DNA of 61,484 nt, the filler included, from Bipalium vagum (Eukaryota), in assembly GCA_037834085.1 (NCBI GenBank). It is 3 parts of 3 records of this genome, joined end to end, with 100 filler letters (N's around TTAATTAATTAA, not from the genome) between each part and the next. Parts side by side here need not be neighbours in the genome. Positions count along the whole stretch, not along the records: positions 44,791 to 61,484 come from JBBMKC010097958.1; 2 more parts are not named here. One strand, given 5' to 3'. Numbering within the stretch: position 1 is the stretch's first letter; every line of letters begins with the position of its first letter. The position numbers and the translations under genes are program-made. This document shows, one piece after another, positions 50,084 through 61,484 of the stretch. The notes under the pieces are model-generated. The model searched no databases. It saw only the letters and a list, made by a program, of their open reading frames with translations, and was not told the origin of the DNA.

Positions 50084-50368
50084 GTAAATGAATGTGATGC
50101 TAAAAAAGGAATGGAACTAATAAAATTACAGGCTTTATATCCTGGAAATCCCATTTGTGATCTTGAATATTACATTAGTGATATATATGCCGGGATTTCC
50201 GAGAGGAAGCGTTTACCAAATACTGCTTTCAATCTTGATAAAGATACTGGATTGCTAAGTGTAGCTCAAGACGACCTTGACAGAGAGAAAATTGAGGGAA
50301 GTCAAATCACCGTGGAAGTGGTAGTGATTGATAGAGGCAAAAATGGTTCAAATGTCAGATTAACTAAA
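50084..50368 (+). CDS. Cadherin exon (VNECDAKKG...LDREK...VIDRG...)
   Basis: TTTTCAG acceptor, AAA|GTAACA donor, phase 0/0. Confidence 0.85.
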
Positions 50369-51778
50369 GTAACATTTTAATTTCTCTATTTGATATAATT
50401 CCTTTTCATTAAAGCACATAATGATTTCTCATATTATTATTATTATTATTGTTATTTAATATCTATTGACAATGATCATCTTTTTTTTTTAATGATTTTG
50501 TTCTCAATTATCCCACTTCATTATAATTAATATTGTGTAATTGTTATCTACTACCCACAAGAAAATGGTCACGCTTCAGTGAATTTTAATAAAAGAATTG
50601 AGTCGTTTAATTTATAAATCATTGCATACAACGATGAGATAGTTACTGAAATAATTGGAATTATTTGTGTCATATTCGAAATTTATGTTTATTTCACGGT
50701 TCATTAGAGATGTATGCACTGATACTTATAGATATCATGTTAAAAAAATGTGATTTCGTCCGTAGTAGTAACACATTTTTCATTGAAGTCAAACTGGTCT
50801 ATTCGAGAGTTCCAAAACGTCCAAAATCTCCTTGAGTAATAATCAAGCTGATCTTGCAGATCAATGTATTGTCTTCAGATTAGTAACGGTTCAATAGTGA
50901 TATTGAATTTACGATGATAGACACCAGCTGCATGCATGACGTCATCTTTATAATTATTATACAGATAGGAAAAAAATACAATGAGTTTCATCTGAAATTC
51001 TGATTTTATAAAGTCAAGACTGTTTAGGTAGAATGGTATGGGGTATATAGATCAGATGCAAAGGTTTAACTTTCAAGCTTTGGTCTTGACTGACAGTCTA
51101 CCATATTGATCAAGCGTAAACATTGATAATGTCAGCTGAGTAATTATGGATGTAGCTGTTCTTCACAAAAACTTAAATGTAAAGTTTTTAAGTCGTTGAC
51201 CAAGATCAGTAGTTTTTGACAGGTAAACTTATCATCTTTGTTCCAGGAATATTGTTCTTTGCGGAATAAGAAAGGTTTTTTCAATGAATTTATTTACATG
51301 ATCTGTTTCAGTAAAAATATAAGTCAAATACTTTCGGAATGTAGTGGTTCAGTATATTAAATATGTTTTGTGTGTTCTTAACGGGTTCTTCATTCCGATA
51401 AAATTTCTATTTCCTGTTATTAATTAAACGGAAGTAAATTTAGCATCGATATGTTGGTGAACTAAGGGACAGAATAGAAATAACGCTTTTTCAATGTTTT
51501 CAAAATGTTAACAAGTTGTCTGTTGTTTTTGTGGTATTCATTGATTATCAATCACCTTGGTTTAATACATTACAGACTCCAATTTCAGTTTGACGTTAAC
51601 ATTTTCGTTCATATTTATTTTTGTGATTTTTAATTGGCAATTATTTGGACAGTTAAATGAAAGTTTACTTCTGTCAATATAAGTTGCTAAAATGCAATAT
51701 TTAGCATTTTCTTTTCATATTTATTGCTTAAAATGCACTTGATAATTTTTATCAAATTATCACTCTCAAATAGTTTGT

Positions 51779-51824
<46 letters not shown>

Positions 51825-54800
51825 CAAATATTGATTTTAATACTAACAATAAATTAAAATATAATTATTATTAATAATAAACATGGTAAGATCATTATAT
51901 TAATTCCTTAATCAGTTTTTAATGATTATATTGAATTGTAATATTAGCGATTATACTAATAAACTAGGTTTAATTATTAATAATTCGATAAGAATAATTC
52001 AATAATTCGCAATTTCTTCAGATGAAAATTTAATAAATATTTTCATAAAATTAAATTGACCAATGAGAAGTAAGATAATTATAATCAAGCAATAATTAAT
52101 TTATCTCCAAAGCTATTAGGTTGGTGCAAAATTATTGAAATCAGGTTAACTTCATTGTTTTGACAGTCTTTCTTTAGTAGTAGTTTTTGATAAAATTACG
52201 TAATAACAGTCTTTGTTGATCCTAATTTTTTTTATATTGTTAATTATTTATATATATAAAAACTTCATTTAAGATATGACAGATCGAAAATTCAAAATTC
52301 ATGCATCTCTTCTATATGATTTCAAACTTGGCAAAACAGCAAAGGTTTCCCATGCAGATGTTTGCAAAGCTTATGGTGATGATATCATAAGCTATGTACA
52401 ATGTACAAGATAGTTCCAAAGGTTTAAAGAAAGGAATGAAGACTTGAATGACAAAAATCGTGACGAGTGTCAACAGGAATTGAATGATAAGGATCTTTTG
52501 AAATTAATAGAAGAAGATCCAACATTAATGGGACTAAAATTGTTATCACAATTACCAGACATTTAAATCTTCTTGTAAAAAGTAATCTGTGTCGTAGATG
52601 AATTCCATATGATTTGACGACTTCCCATAAAAAAATATGATAATTATGAACTCAATTCTGCTCAAAATGTCGAAAATCTTCGGTTTCTGGGAATCAATTC
52701 TGACTTCAGTTGAGACATATATCTCTTTCAATAATCCTCATGCCAAAAGACAATGGTTTGGAGGAAATCAGTCTCCTGTTAGAGTTCCAAAGGTTCCAAT
52801 GCACAAAAAAAAGATGATTCTCTGTTTGTGATGGAATTCTTGATGATTGGTTCATTTTGAAGGGCTTAAAAAAGATGAAAGATTGAATGCCAATCCATAT
52901 GTTAATTTTGAAACTCTCCGAAGGTCAAAGTTTGGTGTATTAAAATAGAAACTTAAAATACGTATTTTTAAATATTGTTAAATTAAAATAATTTGAATAA
53001 TTGTTGTAAATTATTTTGTATGAAATAATACTTTAAAGATTTGTCTTTCACTTTATATTATATATATATATATATATATCCAATTTACATAATGAATTAA
53101 GCCATTAAATATCTCAAACTGTAAAAGAAACATCAAAGCCTACCTTCATCGGGGATTTTTGGGAAACCATATATATTATATATCATATTATATTTAAAAT
53201 AAAAGGGAAGGCTTTCAATAGATGAATAAAATAAAAAAATGTGGATATAAAATTTGTAAAAAGTGATTTTTCGGCATTTTGATATGTTAATCAATGTCAT
53301 TTTCTATTTTTAACAGACTAATAAAATTTAATTTTTCTTAAAAGAATTTTTTCTGCTTTTTAATAAATTATAGTATAATGAATAAAAAATTGAAAAAAAA
53401 ATTAATAAGAATAAAAATATATTTAATAAATATTTATGAATGATTTAAAAATAAATATTAAAAATATACAAAAATAAATTTATTGTAATAATATTGATAG
53501 TTCCACTTCATGTTTATATTATTTTTTATTGACCTTTTTTGTGAAGCGAATATTTTTGTTTCTGAGATTTTTACGGGTATCCTAGAAGAAGGATTTCTTT
53601 TTATGTTAATGAAATTTCTGCTGAGATTTAACTTGAAAATATGACATTCATCATTGTATATTAATATGGTATTTTTTATAAAGATATTTTTCATTAACAG
53701 CAACTGGGCTTTATATGGATTTGATATTTTTATATTTTTTCTGTATTAATTTATATTATTGAAAATATATCTGAAAATAATTTGATTGATTCAAACCTTT
53801 AAAATATTAATAAATAATAAATTTAAATAAATAATAAAAAATAATAATTAAAATATTAATGATTATTAAAAAAAAATAATAATTTTAGTAAATTATAATT
53901 TAAAAATGTCATTTAATAAATTAAAACCCCGGATAAATATAATAAAATAAATTTTCCGAAAGTAAAAAAAACACATTTACCAATCCTGATATTTAGAAAA
54001 AATTTATTAAAAATAAATAATGATGTAAAATAAAAATAAATAATGGATTTTAATAACCTCCTTTTTTATCTAAGAAAAAGTATTTAGTAATGAATTGAAA
54101 TGAATTTTTTTCAATTGATGTGTTTAAAATATTTTTTAAACTATAAAATAAAAGCAAAATAAAAAGATAAAAATAAATGAAATAAAAAAAATATGTACCA
54201 ATGACAGAATTGATTCGATTTTTTTATCAGTATTAATTTTTAAAAATATTTTGTTAAGGAATTCAAAATTTATTAAAACTAACAAATCAGACATCCTTCT
54301 TTTCCTTTCTAAAAGTCTTCATGGCTAAAAATAAATAATATTTATTTTCTCTATTAATTATTTATTCCGTATTGTTATATTTGTTATTAAATTTTGTACT
54401 TGTTGTTTTTCTGTAAAAGAAAAATCTCCCTCTAATTAAAAATTCATTTATTATGTACAACTGATCTGTAAATAATCTCATTTTTTTGTTTTTAAAAATG
54501 TAGAATAAAAATATATCGATGTATCATATTTCAAGGGTTGCATCTAATGTATGGATCTCAAAATTATTTTAAAAATTTTTTTCTATGCCATCAACTCAAT
54601 ACAGATGACCTGTTTGCAAATGATGTGGTTTATTCAATTAAAATTTGTAATTAAATATTTTTTGTTTGTATACATTCTTTTATGCAATGATCTATATTTA
54701 ATTTTTTAGTCGTCCAAAGACTGTGAAATGATATTATATATCCACAGAATTAAATTAGTATTTTTCTCAATTTATTTCTGTTTTTTAATTTTGATTTATT

Positions 54801-56901
54801 TTCTTAAATCATTTAAGTATTACTTAATAAAGATTTTTAGTCTGATTAATTTTCAAGTGACCTTAAATATAAAAAGGAAAATAAATGGAATTTAAGATTT
54901 TAAGAGTCCGAGAATTAGTTTAATTTATTTCATTGGTTTCTCTGTTCTATAAATAACTGAAAATCATATCTCGATTCATTATGAAAATCATTTTTAAAAG
55001 TCGATAAATTATTGATTTGTTTTCTCATTAAATTAATTCTCACAGTCAGTGTCTTTTGTTTAATTGTCTTTTAAAATATTTCAATTATTTTAAATATCTT
55101 TTGTTTGTTGATTAAATTTTAATGAAATATTTTTAAAAAAAATGTCATTTACCATTCACTAACTTAAATTTTTTAATTTTGCCATTCTTTAATGATTTTA
55201 CTTTTTTATATAAAAGCAAAAATTAATTTGTTCTACATAAAACTTTTTAAATTTAATTTTTCATCTGACGTTACTTGAATTAGTAGATACACTAATATCA
55301 ATTAGTTATAAAGAAAAGAAATTATTTATTTATTTATTTATAAATATTATTAGACTAATTTATAAAACATTGAGATTTTATTTTTTCACTTTTCTCATTA
55401 CTTGAGCAAATTGTATTACTATCATAAGACTTTTTAAAAACTCAACGCGGAGGACAGCTGGGTGTAATGATGCAGAAATGAATGTATAGTTAAAAAGCGT
55501 TATTACTTTTTTATCAATAATAATATCAACTTTATTATTGATATTTGTTCATGCGACACGGAAACTATTAATTTAAGTCATAAAATAAACAATTAATAGT
55601 TTTGAGTAATAATAATAATAATAAAAATCATAATAATAATAATAAAAATAATAATAAAAACTACAAAGTAATATTTGGTTAAATATGCGACAAAATTTGT
55701 TTTAGCAATGTAAAATGTCTCGAGTCTCTTCAACAGTGAAGAATGGAAAAATAAATGCAAAAAATTTTAAAATAATCTCATTTAAAATCATTTTTTTCTG
55801 TTTCAGGTTTTCGTTATGAATACATTATTTTTGACATTTAATAATTAATTAATTAATAACCAGCTTTCATATAGAATTATGCTAGAATTTCCAAAGGTAA
55901 GATTTTCAAAGATTCATAATTAAGTAATGGACAGATATTTTCTGATGTGCGACTCGATAATAACGGATACTTTATTTATTTTTTTAATAATTCATTATCA
56001 GGTTTTCATCAATATTGTTGACTGCAACGACAATGGTCCCATTTTTTACAATGAGACCTATATCTTTCACGTGGCCGAGAACACGTCTTTTAAACAAATT
56101 CTATACATCGGGACTATCCAAGCCCAAGATAAAGACCTTGGAAATAGCCTTACATATGAATGGGCAGACACGAAACCTCAACTGTTTGATCTAGATGAAA
56201 ATTCAGGTAAAGAAAATATTTTTAGTTTTTTTTATAATTTTAATTAATATTGTCCCATTAAATAGGGATTATAAGTACAATTGGTGTTCCTTTCGATTAT
56301 GAGAAGGAAACCTTTCATACAATGAGAGTAAAAGTATTCGATGGAAAGTTCAGTTCGACGGCAAATGTTTTAATAATTATTGAAAATATAAACGACGAAT
56401 GTCACGAATTCAACGAGACCCAGTATCGTTTTTATGTCCAGGAAGATGCTCCCATCCACACAGTTGTTGGCCAGCTTGCAATGCGCCCAACGTCTATCGA
56501 AAATCCTGCCAAGCTGAAATTTTCTCTGATTAGTGACTGGGGAAACGAATATTTCTCGGTCCATCCAAATTATGGTATCATTACAACAAGAGGAAATTTG
56601 GATTATGAAAAGGTATTTTATTGTTTTATGCGATAATTATATCTCAATCTATCTTGAATAACAATGCCAACAATTCAGGAAACCCATTACATATTACTGG
56701 TCACAGCAACGGATATCAGTGACCAGTCACTCATTCTTCCCTGCATGGAAACTGTAACGGCTACGGTATTAATATCCATCACTGACATCAACGACAATGG
56801 TCCGGTATTCGAGAAAAGCGCTTGCAAAGTATCGGTAAATGAAAGCATATCTATCGGATCTGAGATCTTTCAATTTTCTGCCTCGGACTACGATGAATCT
56901 G
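50084..56901 (+). CDS. Partial large cadherin (Fat/FAT4-like protocadherin), internal extracellular cadherin repeats; gene continues beyond the visible exons
   Basis: Exons 50084-50368, 56002-56206, 56266-56612 and 56679-56901 join in frame. Motifs: LDRE, DCNDNGP-F, DKDLG, FDYEK, NINDE, LDYEK, DINDNGPVF. The segment LISDWGNEYFSVHPNYGIITTRGNLDYEKETHYILLVTATD resembles my recollection of Fat/FAT4 (ISDWAND.FSLNP.TG...LDYE...HYI). Confidence 0.85.
50560..51600 (-). mobile_element. Possible BEL/Pao retrotransposon remnant
   Basis: Weak motifs: CSWCLS (compare LGWxLSG), FWNSR...AYISNEP*NK (compare FW...YxVxLPWK). Confidence 0.25.
52114..52910 (+). mobile_element. Decayed mariner, 5' TIR plus N-terminal two-thirds
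   Basis: TATTAGGTTGGTGCAAAA TIR; MTDRKFKIHASLLYDFKLGKTAKVSHADVCKAYGDD, R*IPYDL, KKKMILCL*WN. Confidence 0.85.
56002..56206 (+). CDS. Cadherin exon (VFINIVDCNDNGP...)
   Basis: CAG acceptor, G|GTAAAG donor; 59-nt intron follows. Confidence 0.9.
56266..56612 (+). CDS. Cadherin exon (IISTIGVPFDYEK...LDYEK)
   Basis: TAG acceptor, AAG|GTATTT donor; 66-nt intron follows. Confidence 0.9.
56679..56901 (+). CDS. Cadherin exon (ETHYILLVTATD...DINDNGPVF...SDYDES)
   Basis: TTCAG acceptor; probable G|GTTATA donor. Confidence 0.85.
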
Positions 56902-56999
56902 GTTATATTCTCGCTATATTTCACAATAGTTATATAATAATCCTAATAAGAACTATTACTATTGAAATAATAAACTAATATAATAAAAATATCATCATA

Positions 57000-57170
57000 A
57001 AACTGTTAATGGCATGCTGAGATACTTTTATTGTCATTTGCAAACAGATATCGAAAGAGCAACACTGGGCTTTGGGATGTATATATGGACACTTTCTCCA
57101 AGTGCTTAAGTGAATTTGATTTCAGCTCTCTTGAGGCCTACAATGGATGTGCACATTGGTTAAAAATAAT
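57000..57170 (-). mobile_element. Short Tc1/maT-like transposase C-terminal remnant
   Basis: Minus strand TSIVGLKRA...TWRK...CCSFDI.LQMTIK. Confidence 0.35.
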
Positions 57171-60100
57171 CTCAATTATAAATTCTTTTTAAAATTATTA
57201 AATGATAATAAAATTTTTAATAAAAATTTAAAAATGTTAATAAAATTCCGGGTATATATTATGAAGAAGGAAAATAAAAATATTTCCCTCATATTTTATT
57301 AATATGTTTGAAATTTATCCATGAACAGAGTACGAAATGGAATCTATTTCGTGACTGTTCTCAATTTCAGGTTTTAATAAAATACTGTTTGTAGCTTCTA
57401 TTTTATTTTATTTTACATGAATAAAATAAAAAGAGAAACCAGGGAAAAACGAGCTCTGAAACCACTATGAAAATTAATTTTGTTTTAATTCACATTATTA
57501 ATACCCATTTTGAATTGATTAAAATTAAATTTTATTTTCGTTTTAATGTTGATTAAATAATAATTTATCACTGATAATTCGATTAATGAAACTTTCGAAT
57601 AATAATACAAATAATAATATATTTTTTTATAGTGTAATAATTATAAAATTAATTTGAATTTGTAAATTTTCATTTGTCAAAGACGAACCTGCAATAATAA
57701 TGGGAAAAATATTTGAAATTAAGTGGGTACTTAGATAATGATCGTGTTTTAGTGATTACTGAAAATTGCAAAAGTTTAATTCAAACAAAACTTTATTAAT
57801 CATAATAACAATCACGTGATTCAATACGCCATTGTCAGTGGAATCAGTCACATATATAGCGGCAAATTCTATTGATGATCATTGTCGTCTTAGTCGTTTT
57901 TTCCTAAAGATAAACGTCAATATAAAAATTATCACAATAATATGTATTACTAATAAATATAGGACTCTAGGGAATTATATGCTTATGTTTAATATATTTA
58001 TTATAATATTTTATAATTGTGCTTTATTATATATAAATTATTAAATAAATTAAAGAAAATATTTTTTATTTATATTTTTTAGTAATAAAACCATATCTGT
58101 AAAATATATGTTTTTTACAATGCACAACAAAGAGCCAGTGAACAAGGAGAAACATAATTTATTAATATTGATTTAATGTTAATATTTGATACATTTATAT
58201 ATTGAATTTAAGATTCAATTTTTTGTTTAAATGCGGTAATATTAAAATATATATCATTTTTGACTTTTAAAAAAATATTCTAAAATTTTTCCGAGATCTT
58301 TGCTTTTTAATAATGGATAATAATAAGGACGACACAGTTATGGGATAAAATAATTTGGTTTTATGAGTGAGCAATATTAGGGTTGAAAATATTGAGAAGA
58401 ATGGTTCTTGTTCATTTGTTAAACATGCAAATATTTCATGGTAAAATAAGTGAAGATATAGGGGTGATATAGACAATTAAGGATAATAATAAAATAAAGT
58501 CATTCTTTGCAATTTTGAGAGATTCTTTATGTGTTTATAGCAGGAAATGAGAACTCTATATATCTTTGACATTAAATAAATAAATGAAAAAAATAAATAA
58601 TTACTCAACAAAAATTATCAATATTTAATTACATTCTGAAAGAAAAATTACCCGTGATTTTCGAACCTTTTTACTCAAGACTCGTGGTTTTTGTTTTCAA
58701 TAAATTTAAAAAATTTTAATATTTTTAAAAATATTTTTTAAAACTGAAATTAAAAAATTTCATCATTAAATAAAACTTTTGCACGTTTAAAATATTTTTG
58801 TATTTAATTAAATTAATATTTTGCTCATCTATTGACAAACGCAGATCTCTTTTGAAGTGTTACTAACAGCTAATCAAAATATTCACATTTGTTTTATTAA
58901 TTGATACATTTTCGAGATTTTAAATAATCATACTTAAGTGATTTTATTTATATTTTCATTTCGAAAAAAAATATTCTTTCTCATTTATTGAATTTTATTT
59001 TAATAAAAATCAATTATTTTTATAATTAATTATATTTCATAATCAATTATTTCTCGTTTTTTATTAATTAGATAATTTTTTCATTTTTTAAAAATTTTAT
59101 GAAATTGATTTTATTCAAATTTTTTTTCAAAAAAGGTGTTTGAAGTATTTTATTGAAAAATCTATTTTACCATGAGTTACTAAGTCATTATACAATTCTA
59201 AAGTCATATATCAAGTGAAAATGTAAATAATTTTCCAGTAATTTTTTTACAGTTGTATTAAGGAATATTTAAATTTGTTTTAATTCATCAATTTAAGCAT
59301 TAACACCATGACCATTTCAAATGTAATAAAAATTCTGATTGTGGTTCTTTTCGCTAAAGTTCAGGTTAAAGTGACCTGAAAGCTTAAGGATACAAGGAGG
59401 ACCAAACCAGAATGAAAATAAATGATTTCTTTATATTTAATAAACTATTGAAATTTGTTGTTTAAAGTAAACAATTTGTCCTTAAATTACTAAAGATATC
59501 ATAACTTGATAATTTAATTTAAAATTGTATAGTGACTTATTAAACCTACGATTTATTTCTAAATTCAAATAAAAATAATAAGAACATTACTGAGCCCCAA
59601 CCAAAGTTTGTTTTTGTTTTGTTGACAGCTCTTCCTTCCTTAAATCCCTCCAAAAATATGAAAACCCATCTGGTTTATCCAACGTTTTCTCGTCGCTAAA
59701 TATTATCTAGGCAAAAAAATAATATATAGATCTTGTAAAAAGTATCATTAGGCTCACTACTGTATAATATTTTTATGAAACATTTTGCTATAATATATAT
59801 TTTGGTATGATATATATTTGAAAGTCTAATTTTAGGGCTCTGTATCTGTATTTATTTTTGATATTAAAAAAACAATATCAATTATTATTAAAATATTTCT
59901 TCATTGGATTAATAATTTTTCAATAGTTAAGAAAGCCAAATTAATTCCGGGAAACCTATTAAATTTTTGTTGAAAAGAAAAAATTAAATAAATTTTTTCT
60001 TTGCCCAAAGTTTATTTTCTAAATCTCTAATGAGCATATATTTCCAATTAATAATAATTTAATGATTCTTAGAAGCTCAGTTTTCATAGAGCAACGATGT

Positions 60101-60279
60101 CTACATTGATAATCAAACAAAAGCAAGGTGCAAATTGATGTAATTAATTAATTAATTGTCTGGAAAAAATATTGATCTCTTATTTATTTCTTTCGAAATT
60201 GTTGGTTGATATTTTTCTTTAATCTGATTATTATTTTCTTTTTTATAATTGTAATTTACTCATCAATAATAAAACTTTG

Positions 60280-60470
60280 NNNNNNNNNNNNNNNNNNNNN
60301 NNNNNNNNNNNNNNNNNNNNNNNNNNNNNNNNNNNNNNNNNNNNNNNNNNNNNNNNNNNNNNNNNNNNNNNNNNNNNNNNNNNNNNNNNNNNNNNNNNNN
60401 NNNNNNNNNNNNNNNNNNNNNNNNNNNNNNNNNNNNNNNNNNNNNNNNNNNNNNNNNNNNNNNNNNNNNN
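60280..60470. other. Assembly gap (N run)
   Basis: Uninterrupted Ns. Confidence 0.98.
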
Positions 60471-61409
60471 GAGATAAATTGAAAATTAGTCGGGGGATGT
60501 AGCTCATATAATAATATAATAATAATATAAATATAAAAAAAAATAATAAAAATGTAGAAATGATTTTATTTAAGAAATGGAAAATAATGTATATTTACTG
60601 ATAGCGTGATCAACGGGCTTCAATAAATGGTTTTTTATGGTCAAGGTGGCAAAAAAGATGGATTCCCAGATTTTTATTTTTTGCTGGAATTTAGCTAATA
60701 ATAGTCAATTTTCAAACGAATAAAAATATCAAGTGTTTTTTCAAGTTTTACTCTAATTTTATTTTAAGTAATCCTTGAGGAGACTTCTTCAATAATTTAA
60801 TAAACATATGTTAGAAGACTTGGTAGGAGTTTCAGTGGTCGTGAAGAATATTAGCATTTCCGGCTTTTTTCCATTTATATTTTAGTTATGGAAATGAAAG
60901 AATAAAAGAAATTATTATTATTATTTTTTAATATATTTTTCCTATAAAAATTTACTGGGTTATTGATTGATTGTCTGTAACCGAACCATGGGAATTGGCA
61001 TGAGAATTTTCTATTTTAACAAGAATCAGATAAAAAATATTGTGATAATAAATTATAAATATTATGAAATAATTATCGTTTTATTAATCTAGAATTCCAT
61101 GAAATAATTTGATTATAATGAAAAAAGCGTTTGGCAGGTTTGCCTCAATGAGCATTATGATCCGATGTTTGAAGTAATGTATTGGGAAAATGGAAATTCT
61201 CGTTCTCGATTCCAGCACTTATGCGGCCAAAAAATAATTTTATATCTTTTTAATCAGGATGAGTTAATGGGTCATAAATGAAATTGGTTTCTCTTTCTTT
61301 CTTTCTTTTTCTCAATTCTATGGTTCAGATTCTTCATCCAAGGAAAAATGTCTGTTCTGCTCTATTAAATAGTAACGGATCCAAACCTCTGAAACATTTT
61401 TAATACGTA

Positions 61410-61484
61410 CAGTGCCGTCCAAAATATTAGCAATTTTTTTAAATTAATACATTAAACAGTTTTTATGTATGTATTTTTTAAGCA
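61410..61484 (+). mobile_element. Tc1-like TIR at the window edge
   Basis: TA|CAGTGCCGTCCAAAATATT resembles Tc1 CAGTGCTGGCCAAAAA. Confidence 0.5.

Noticed and set aside
57005-57110. VNGMLRY as a continuation of the cadherin (D.D.G.NG..Y motif)
   Set aside because: No AG acceptor in phase before it, the frame stops soon after, and the opposite strand reads as a transposase remnant.
60493-60506. GGGGATGTAGCTCA, the 5' end of tRNA-Ala
   Set aside because: Only 14 nt, followed by AT-rich DNA with no anticodon or T arm; a fragment or chance match next to a gap.

Overview
Very AT-rich animal genomic scaffold with three gaps. It holds three spliced protein-coding genes. (1) A complete 6-exon mitochondrial pyruvate dehydrogenase kinase gene (PDK, minus strand, 16934-2843, 430 aa as spliced) with a 7.8-kb GC-AG intron. 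(2) A complete 4-exon Pim-family Ser/Thr kinase gene (plus strand, 29157-31653, 400 aa) whose hallmark hinge proline is replaced by Phe. (3) A partial Fat/FAT4-like cadherin gene (plus strand, exons 50084-56901). Introns and intergenic DNA are filled with decayed IS630-Tc1-mariner elements (DD34D mariners, DD41D, DD37D/maT-like), two MITEs, a degenerate RLE-type non-LTR retrotransposon, and LTR-element remnants. The most striking unexplained signal is a ~400-bp module present twice in direct orientation (~264-676 and ~19745-20136). Its linkers have diverged, but four stem-loops persist with several compensatory base changes, near-invariant loops and a possible loop-loop pairing. It looks like a conserved structured RNA, apparently in the 3' UTR of a Gypsy-like element. 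All calls were made by eye with no database searches, so transposon boundaries are approximate.
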